Positions 57,233 through 64,000 of a stretch of DNA of 64,000 bases are shown one piece after another; the stretch's first letter is position 1, and each line of letters begins with the position of its first letter. Both the position numbers and the translations under genes were made by a program. The notes under the pieces are model-generated. The model did not search any database and had not been told where the DNA came from. It saw only the letters and a list, made by a program, of their open reading frames with translations. This DNA comes from an uncultured Chloroflexia bacterium. Its GTDB lineage: Bacteria; Chloroflexota; Limnocylindria; Limnocylindrales; CSP1-4. The stretch covers positions 32,001 to 96,000 of the forward strand of contig CAVVJT010000006.1 in assembly GCA_963748625.1 (NCBI GenBank), given 5' to 3'.

Positions 57233-58843
57233 GTGGATTGGGCGGACGAGCTGGCAGCTAGCGTCGAGGGCCCGCAGGTCGTCAACGACTCCAAGACCCC
57301 GTCTGGCACCGTCCACGTCGGCAGCCTCCGCGGACCCGTCATCCTCGACGTGATCACGCGCGCCCTACGGGCCAGGGGTCTCGAGACCACGCTCCTCTAC
57401 GGCGTGGACGACATGGACTCGATGGACGCGCAGGCGCTGCTCACGCCCGATGCCGTGGACCGCTACATGGGCGCGCCGCTGGCCCACATCCCGGATCAGG
57501 CCGGCGACTGTCACGCCTCGTATGCCCGCCACCACGCCCAGACGTTCATCGACGTCTTCGCCGGTCTCGGCATCCACCCGGACCGCTACTACTGGATGAG
57601 CGACATCTACCCCACCGGGCAGATGGACCCGTTCATCCGGACCGCCCTCGACCGCGCGGCCGTGGTGCGCGACATCTACCGTCGCGTGGCCAACGTCCAA
57701 CATCCGGAGCACTGGCTCCCCCTCGGCGTGGTCTGCCCCGACTGCGGCAAGGTCGGCACGACGATCGCGTCCGACTGGGACGGCGAGACGGTGTCGGTCG
57801 CCTGTCGGCCGGACCTCGTGACCTGGGCCGCGGGCTGCGGCTGGACCGGCCGCATCGCGCCGTTCGGGGGGACCGCGAAGCTGCCCTGGAACCTCGAGTG
57901 GGCGGCCCAGTGGAGCCTGTTCGGCGTCACGATCGAGCCCAACGGCAAGGACCTCGCGACGGCCGGCGGGTCACGTGACCGGTCCGACGCCGTCGCCCGC
58001 GAGGTGTTCGATCGCCAGCCCCCGCTCAACTTCCCGTACGAGTTCCTCAACCTCGGCGGGCGGAAGATGTCCACCTCGAAGGGCGTGGGTGCCGCCGCGC
58101 ACACGATCGGCCAGGTCATCCCGCCCGAACAGCTGCGCTTCCTGTTCGTCCGCAATCGCCCCGAGTCGGCCATCGAGTTCGACCCGCAGGGCACGGACGC
58201 CATCCCGCGCCTGTTCGACGAGTTCGACCGGCTCGCCGCCGCCACCGCCGGCCGCGAGGTGAAGGGCGAGCTCCCGTCGGGCCACGAGTCCATCTTCCGC
58301 TACTCGCTCCTCGATCCGGCCGCGGACCTCGCCCGTGCCGCGGACGCCTTCCGGCCGGCCTTCGCTCACCTGGCGCTCCTGGTCCAGGTCCCGGGCGTGG
58401 ATGTCCACGCTCGCGTGGTCGCCGAGAAGGGATCCGCGCTGACGGAGGCCGAGGCGGCCGATCTCGAGGAGCGCCTGGCCGCCGTCAGCCGCTGGCTCGA
58501 GGCCTACGCACCGGACCGCGCCCGGATCGAGATCCGGCGCGACGCCCTGCCGCCCGAGGCCGGGCAACTGCGACCCGAGCAGCACGAGTTCCTCCATGAG
58601 CTCGCCCTCACCGTCCACCGTGACGCCCCGGCCTCCGGCGAGCAGTGGCAGACCGCGATCTTCGCCGTGGCCGCCGAGAACGGGCTCGACGCGAAGGCCG
58701 CCTTCAACGCGCTCTACCTGGCGTTTCTCGGCCGTTCCAACGGCCCCCGGGCGGGCTGGCTGCTGGCGAGCCTTGAGCGCGACTTCGTGATCGGCCGGCT
58801 GACCGAGGCCGGCGCCGCAGCCACCGGGGAGGCGACCGCATGA
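57233..58843 (+). CDS. lysS: Lysine--tRNA ligase, class I
   Basis: TPSGTVHVGSLR (HIGH-like), CPDCG, KLPWNLEWAAQW, GKDL, KMSTSKG, GPRAG. Confidence 0.92.
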   Translation: MDWADELAASVEGPQVVNDSKTPSGTVHVGSLRGPVILDVITRALRARGLETTLLYGVDDMDSMDAQALLTPDAVDRYMGAPLAHIPDQAGDCHASYARHHAQTFIDVFAGLGIHPDRYYWMSDIYPTGQMDPFIRTALDRAAVVRDIYRRVANVQHPEHWLPLGVVCPDCGKVGTTIASDWDGETVSVACRPDLVTWAAGCGWTGRIAPFGGTAKLPWNLEWAAQWSLFGVTIEPNGKDLATAGGSRDRSDAVAREVFDRQPPLNFPYEFLNLGGRKMSTSKGVGAAAHTIGQVIPPEQLRFLFVRNRPESAIEFDPQGTDAIPRLFDEFDRLAAATAGREVKGELPSGHESIFRYSLLDPAADLARAADAFRPAFAHLALLVQVPGVDVHARVVAEKGSALTEAEAADLEERLAAVSRWLEAYAPDRARIEIRRDALPPEAGQLRPEQHEFLHELALTVHRDAPASGEQWQTAIFAVAAENGLDAKAAFNALYLAFLGRSNGPRAGWLLASLERDFVIGRLTEAGAAATGEATA

Positions 58844-60165
58844 GTGTCGGCGTGCAGCGGCTCCGCGAGGAGCCGGACCGGATCCGCCAGGGCGCCATCG
58901 ACAAGCGCGAGGATCCGGCGCTGGTGGACCAGGCCATCGAGGTCGACGCGCGCCGACGCCGGCTCCAGTCCGAGTCGGACGGCCGCAAGGCGGAGCGCAA
59001 TGCGGTCTCCAAGCAGATCGGCGAGGCCATTCGCGGCGGCGCGCGCCCGGATGGACCTGAGGTGGCCCAGCTGCGTGCCGCCTCGACGGCGGCCGGCGTC
59101 CGGATCGACGAGATCGACGCCGAGCTGTCCGCGGCCGAGGCCGAGCTCGAGGAGCTGCTCCTGCGCATCCCCAACCCCGCGGACCCCGAGGTCCCGGTGG
59201 GCGGCGAGGATGCCAACGTCACGGTCCGGACATGGGGCGAGAACGGCAGCCGCGAAGTGTCGGCCGCGGATGGCACCACCTGGGAGCGCAGGCCCCATTG
59301 GGAGATCGGCGAGGCCCTCGACATCATCGACAACCCGCGCGGCGCGAAGATCGCCGGCTCCGGGTTCCCCGTCTACAAGGGCGCGGGCTCGCGGCTCCAG
59401 CGCAGCCTCATCTCCTGGTTTCTCGACGTCCACACCGCCGAGCACGGCTTCACCGAGGTCTGGCCGCCGGCGGTCGTGAACGCTGCGTCCGCGCGTGGCA
59501 CCGGGCAGATCCCGGACAAGGAAGACCAGATGTATGTCGCCACGCGTGACGATCTGTACCTGGTCCCCACCGCCGAGGTCCCGGTCACCAACCTCCACCG
59601 CGACGAGATCCTCGAGGCCGCCCAGCTGCCCATCCGGTACGCGGCCTACTCGCCGTGCTTCCGGCGCGAGGCGGGCGCCGCCGGCAAGGACACGCGCGGC
59701 ATCCTCCGCGTCCACCAGTTCGACAAGGTGGAGATGGTCCTGTTCGAGAAGCCGGAGGACAGCCCCGAGGCGCTGGAGTGGATGACCTCCCGTGCCGAGG
59801 TGCTGCTGCAGCGCCTCGGCCTGCCGTACCGGGTGCTCCTCATGAGCACCGGCGAGATGGGCTTCGTCCAGCGCAAGAAGTACGACCTCGAGGTCTGGGC
59901 ACCGGGTGTGGAGCGCTGGCTGGAGGTCAGCTCCTGCTCCAACTTCGGCGACTACCAGGCGCGCCGGATGGCGATCCGCTATCGCCCGGCTCCGGGCGCC
60001 AGGCCGGAGCTCGTCCACACGCTCAACGGTTCCGGGCTCGCGCTGCCGCGCATCGTGGCCGCGATTCTCGAGGCCTACCAGGAAGCGGACGGGTCGGTGG
60101 TGGTGCCCGAGGTGCTGCGCCCCTATGTCGGCGCCGATAGGATTGGCGGACCGGTGACAGCCTGA
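58840..60165 (+). CDS. serS: Serine--tRNA ligase
   Basis: N-terminal coiled coil, PTAEVP, FRREAG, RVHQFDKVE, EVSSCSN, HTLNGSGLA. Confidence 0.96.
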   Translation: MSVGVQRLREEPDRIRQGAIDKREDPALVDQAIEVDARRRRLQSESDGRKAERNAVSKQIGEAIRGGARPDGPEVAQLRAASTAAGVRIDEIDAELSAAEAELEELLLRIPNPADPEVPVGGEDANVTVRTWGENGSREVSAADGTTWERRPHWEIGEALDIIDNPRGAKIAGSGFPVYKGAGSRLQRSLISWFLDVHTAEHGFTEVWPPAVVNAASARGTGQIPDKEDQMYVATRDDLYLVPTAEVPVTNLHRDEILEAAQLPIRYAAYSPCFRREAGAAGKDTRGILRVHQFDKVEMVLFEKPEDSPEALEWMTSRAEVLLQRLGLPYRVLLMSTGEMGFVQRKKYDLEVWAPGVERWLEVSSCSNFGDYQARRMAIRYRPAPGARPELVHTLNGSGLALPRIVAAILEAYQEADGSVVVPEVLRPYVGADRIGGPVTA

Positions 60166-60210
60166 GGGGGCTCCGCGGCCGGCGCCCGCCACCAGATGGA
60201 GGATCTCCGC

Positions 60211-60696
60211 ATGACCCAGCCCTACCAGCCGCTCCCGCCCGCCGCCCCGGATGGCCCCGCGCCCGGGGTCCAGTTCGCCAGCCCCGTCGCGCGCCTGGTC
60301 GGCTACCTCATCGACGGGTTCATCGCAGGCGCGGCCGCGCTCGCGCTGGGCCTGGTGCTCGGGACGGTCATCGGTCTCGCCGGTGAATCGGGGCGGAACT
60401 TCATCGCGGGTCTCGGCTTCATCCTGTACTTCGTGGCGATCCTCGCGATCTGGCTGCTGTACTTCCCGTACTTCTGGCAGAAGAGCGGCCAGACGCCGGG
60501 CATGAAGGTCACGAAGGTCAAGGTGGTCCGCGACGAGGATGGCGGACCGATCGGCTGGGGGACGGGGTTCGTCCGCCTGTTCGGCTTCTTCGTGAGCCAG
60601 CTCGTCCTCTACATCGGGTTCCTGTGGGTCCTGGTCGACAAGCGCAAGCGCGGCTGGTTCGACCTGATGGCCGGCACCTGCGTCGTCAAGGCGTAG
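60211..60696 (+). CDS. RDD family membrane protein
   Basis: RLVGYLID, GQTPG, FDLMAGTCVV. Confidence 0.88.
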   Translation: MTQPYQPLPPAAPDGPAPGVQFASPVARLVGYLIDGFIAGAAALALGLVLGTVIGLAGESGRNFIAGLGFILYFVAILAIWLLYFPYFWQKSGQTPGMKVTKVKVVRDEDGGPIGWGTGFVRLFGFFVSQLVLYIGFLWVLVDKRKRGWFDLMAGTCVVKA

Positions 60697-60756
60697 AACT
60701 ACCCGAACCCGGGTGGTCCTACCCCGGGCGGTCGGACCCCCGGGCGGTCGCGCCGC

Positions 60757-60791
60757 CCGCGACCCGCGACCCGCGACCCGCGACCCGCGAC
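60757..60791. repeat. Tandem repeat, 5 x CCGCGAC
   Basis: Perfect heptamer repeats between convergent genes. Confidence 0.85.
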
Positions 60792-60800
60792 CCGACCCGG

Positions 60801-61538
60801 TCAGGCGGCCGGCGTCTCCTCCAGGGTCCCGTCGAGGATCCGGCCGTCGACCATGTGCACGGTCCGCCGCGTGCGCGCCGCGAGCTCGTGGTCGTGGGTG
60901 ACCATGACGATCGTCCGCCCTTCGGCCACGAGTGTCTCGAACAGCTCGAACACCTCCTCGGCCGTGACCTCGTCCAGGTTCCCGGTGGGCTCGTCCGCCA
61001 CGATGATCGGCGGATCGTTGGCGAGCGACCGCGCGATCGCCGCGCGCTGCTGCTGGCCGCCTGACGTGGACGCCGGGAGCTTGCGCGCCTGGTCGTCCAG
61101 CCCGACGAGCTCGAGCAGGTGCATCGCCCGCTCGTAGCGCTCCTTCGTGGACCACAGGCCCGCGAAGTCCATCGGCAGCATCACGTTCTCGACCACCGTG
61201 AGCGTGGGCAGCAGCTGGAAGAACTGGAAGATGACCCCGCACGTCCGGCCGCGCCACTGCGCCATGCGACTCTCGGACAGGTTGGCGAGGTTCGTCCCGC
61301 CGACGACCAGCGAGCCGGCGGTCGGCCGGTCGATGCCCGTGATCATGTTCATCAGCGTGGACTTGCCCGAGCCGGAGCGGCCGACCACGGCGATGAACTC
61401 GCCGGCGTCCACCTGGAGCGAGACCTCCTTGAGCGCGCGGAACGGTCCGGCGTCGGTCACGTAGTCCTTGACGACGTCCCGCAGGTCGATCAGGTGGCCG
61501 TGCGCGAGGTCGCGGTCGGCGAAGGGTGCGCGGATCAC
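60801..61538 (-). CDS. ABC transporter ATP-binding protein (MacB/LolD-like)
   Basis: [45 protein letters not shown]. Confidence 0.92.
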   Translation of the reverse strand: MIRAPFADRDLAHGHLIDLRDVVKDYVTDAGPFRALKEVSLQVDAGEFIAVVGRSGSGKSTLMNMITGIDRPTAGSLVVGGTNLANLSESRMAQWRGRTCGVIFQFFQLLPTLTVVENVMLPMDFAGLWSTKERYERAMHLLELVGLDDQARKLPASTSGGQQQRAAIARSLANDPPIIVADEPTGNLDEVTAEEVFELFETLVAEGRTIVMVTHDHELAARTRRTVHMVDGRILDGTLEETPAA

Positions 61539-61601
61539 GCGCGAACGATACCGGGGAACGCGCCGGCCGTCCGCACGGCGCCCGCTGGTATGCTCGCCCG
61601 C

Positions 61602-61687
61602 GGCGAGGTGGCCGAGTGGTCTATGGCAGCGCTCTTGAAAAGCGCCGGGCGCAAGTCCCGTGGGTTCGAATCCCACCCTCGCCGCCA
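61602..61687 (+). tRNA. tRNA-Ser (anticodon TGA)
   Basis: Acceptor stem GGCGAGG/CCTCGCC, anticodon stem GCGCT/AGCGC with loop CTTGAAA, long variable arm, GGTTCGAATCC, discriminator G, encoded CCA. Confidence 0.95.
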
Positions 61688-61751
61688 GGATTGGCAGCGC
61701 CAAGGGCGTGACACCGGTCGCGGCGGCACGACCGAGGAGGAAGCCTGAGCC

Positions 61752-62487
61752 ATGGACCCGATGATCGCCCTGGCCGCCGTTGCCGTGGGCTATCCTGCTG
61801 GGCTCCATCTCGTTCGCGCGCCTCGTCGCCCGGCGGGTCGATCGCAGCGTGGACGTGACGTACATCGTCACCGAGGTTGGCGACGGGGTGACCTTCACCA
61901 GCGACGCGGTGAGCGCCACGTCGGTGCGCATGAAGCTGGGCAAGCGATACGGGCTTCTCGTGGCGCTCCTGGATATGGCCAAGGTCGCGATCCCGGTGCT
62001 CGTGCTGCGCCTGCTGTACCCGGGCGAGCCCTACCTGTACCTCGCCGCCGCGGCGGGCGTCGCCGGGCACAACTGGCCCGTCTATCACCGCTTCAAGGGC
62101 GGCCGGGGCGAGTCCGCCATCATGGGCGCCCTGCTCGTCATCGACCCGATCGGGCTGGTCCTCATGCTCACCCTTGGGATGGTCATCGGGTTTCTTTCCG
62201 GCAACATCCTCGTGCTGGAGTGGACCGGGTTCATCCTGATGGTGCCCTGGCTGTGGCTGACGACGGGCGATCCGTGGGCCGTGGCCTTCATGGTGTCCGT
62301 CCTGGCGATGTGGACGGTCGCCATGCTGCCCGAGCTGCGCCAGTACGCGGCGATGATCAAGCTGTCCGACGCGCCGACAAACGAGCAGGTGGTGGCGGAG
62401 TACGGTATGAGCGCCAGGCTGGGCCGGGCCATGGACAACTACTCGATCCCGGCGCTGGTGAAGCGGTATCGCTCGACGCCGGGCTAG
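61752..62487 (+). CDS. PlsY-like glycerol-3-phosphate acyltransferase, divergent (apparent +1 frameshift at about 61794)
   Basis: [30 protein letters not shown]; RBS GAGGAGG before ATG 61752. Confidence 0.75.
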
Positions 62488-62502
62488 GGCTGGGGGCCAC
62501 CC

Positions 62503-62737
62503 ATGGCAATCGGCGTGCGCTGGCGGAAGGTCCGGGGCGTCCTGGGCCAGTACCGCGCACGCACCGCGCTCGTCGTCGGGCACGAGCATCTCCCGGACGG
62601 TGGCGCGCATCGGCGCGTATGGTGAGAGTCGCCAGGGCGGGATCGTGTACGGGGTGGTGGTGGTCCCGGCCGGCAACGTGCCCGATGGAGTGCGCTGGAA
62701 CATGACGACCACGGTCGCGATCAAGGTCGGCGGATGA
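62503..62737 (+). pseudogene. Deletion scar: 5' end of an FtsX-type ABC permease joined to the 3' end of a HlyD-type adaptor
   Basis: MAIGVRWRKVRGVLGQYRARTALVV, then in another frame TVARIGAYGESRQGGIVYGVVVVP...GVRWNMTTTVAIKVGG*. Confidence 0.55.
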
Positions 62738-62750
62738 GGCTGCGCAGGTC

Positions 62751-63479
62751 ATGGCCGGCCCGGCGGCGCTCGCACTTGCCGGGGTGATTGCCGCGGCCTG
62801 CATCGGCCCACCGCCGTCGCCCTCTCCGTCGCCAACTCCCTCGCCCTCGCCCTCGCCGTCGCCTTCGCCTACCGCCCCGCTCGCGACCGCGGCGCCCACG
62901 TCGGCCACGACGCCGGCGGCGCCGCCGTCCGGCACCGTGCTCGTGGATGTTCCCGCGGCCGGCGCCCGCCTGCCGGTGCCGGGGGGCTGGGAGCAGGCGG
63001 ACGCGGATGCCCTTGAGGATCCGGATCGGCGTGCCGACATCGTGGCGCGCTATCCAGGCGCTGATGCCCTGCTGGCGGCCGCCGCCGAGATGGGCGACCG
63101 GGCCGTCCCAGCCTTCGTGGCGTTTGATCCTTCGACTGCCGGCACCGGCGCCGGGCTGGCCACCAACATCGCCGTGCTCGTCGCCCAGCCTTCGGTCAGT
63201 GGGCCGCTGCTCGACTTCGTGGCGGGGTTCATCGGCGACGGGTTCAAGGACGCGTTCGGGGCAGAGGAGACAGCCCGCGAACGGGTGGACACGCCGCTCG
63301 GCGAGGCCGTGCGCCTCGAGTACGCGCTGCCGCCGCGAGACGGGGTGGCGCTGACGGCGGTCCAGTACATCGTCGGTGCGCCGGCGGGCACGGTGCTGGT
63401 GTCCATCCTGGGGCCGGCCGACGTGGTTGCGTCACTGGACCCGGACGCGCTCGTGGCAGCGATGGCGCCGATGCCGTAG
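62751..63479 (+). CDS. Hypothetical lipoprotein with Pro/Ser linker
   Basis: Lipobox IAAAC followed by a PSPSP tract; start approximate. Confidence 0.7.
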   Translation: MAGPAALALAGVIAAACIGPPPSPSPSPTPSPSPSPSPSPTAPLATAAPTSATTPAAPPSGTVLVDVPAAGARLPVPGGWEQADADALEDPDRRADIVARYPGADALLAAAAEMGDRAVPAFVAFDPSTAGTGAGLATNIAVLVAQPSVSGPLLDFVAGFIGDGFKDAFGAEETARERVDTPLGEAVRLEYALPPRDGVALTAVQYIVGAPAGTVLVSILGPADVVASLDPDALVAAMAPMP

Positions 63480-63558
63480 CCGCAGTTCACCCAATCCGAC
63501 GGCACCGGTGTGCCGAATAGTGGAAGTAATCCCAACTTCCGAGGAGATCCCGAGCCCA

Positions 63559-64000
63559 ATGACAGCCCAGACCGGCGCGACAGTCGCGCAACCCATCCAC
63601 ACGGAGACTGCCGCCGCGATCCCAGAGGGGAACAGCCGTTCGCTGCGCCGCTGGAACCGGTTCCTGGTGTTCGCGCACGGCGGCCAGTTCCTGCTCATGG
63701 TCCTGATCTCGAAGACGACGACCCTGTTCGAGCCGGTCGTGCCCACGGTCAAGCCGATCATCACAGACGGCAAGTTCACCGGTGTCGAGCCGACCGAGGT
63801 CGTGCTGTTCTCCTTCCCGCTCGCCTACCTGATCGCCAGCTTCTTCCTGATGAGCGCCATCGCGCACTTCGTCGCCGGCTGGCCGCTGCGCGCGCGCTAT
63901 GAGGCGTGGCTCGCGCGAGGCATGAACCCGCTCCGCTGGATCGAGTACGCATTCTCGTCCTCGGTCATGATCGTGGCCATCGCCTACATCAGCTACATCA
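63559..64000 (+). CDS. heR: Heliorhodopsin (truncated by the window end)
   Basis: Manual translation: LRRWN...AHGGQ (TM1), SAIAH (TM2), YEAWLARGMNPLRWIEYAFSSSVMIVAIA (TM3); RBS GAGGAG; absent from ORF track. Confidence 0.9.
   Translation, partial: MTAQTGATVAQPIHTETAAAIPEGNSRSLRRWNRFLVFAHGGQFLLMVLISKTTTLFEPVVPTVKPIITDGKFTGVEPTEVVLFSFPLAYLIASFFLMSAIAHFVAGWPLRARYEAWLARGMNPLRWIEYAFSSSVMIVAIAYISYI

Noticed and set aside
61602-61687. tRNA-Sec or suppressor tRNA, or an integration site
   Set aside because: Anticodon TGA reads UCA (Ser), whereas Sec needs TCA; normal 7-bp acceptor stem; no integrase or duplicated tRNA 3' end seen in the window

Overview
Very GC-rich bacterial chromosomal window of mostly housekeeping genes. 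The gene content and style (many apparently leaderless genes, a GAAC-N4-GTAC LexA-type box, class I LysRS, heliorhodopsin) suggest Chloroflexota, possibly Limnocylindria; this is inference only. From left to right it holds: yyaL, a GNAT, tatA and an AcuC/HDAC-GNAT fusion; an lhr-[vapBC]-nei DNA-repair operon; an ECF sigma/anti-sigma pair; a cyanophycin locus (cphB-cphA plus a CphA paralog lacking the ATP-grasp domain, divergent from an M20 peptidase and RidA); azlCD, ggt, degV, gdhA; coaX-coaBC-panB-panC; a BMP nucleoside ABC transporter; M16 peptidase, ndk, an orphan antiporter-like pair, lepB, hppA, uppP, argR, greA (leader terminator), class I lysS, serS, tRNA-Ser(TGA); a divergent plsY followed by the deletion scar of an ABC exporter; and a heliorhodopsin cut by the window end. 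Several single-base frameshifts look like sequencing errors. The best candidate for an undescribed system is the ATP-grasp-less CphA paralog with its neighbouring peptidase, a possible cyanophycin side-chain tailoring module.
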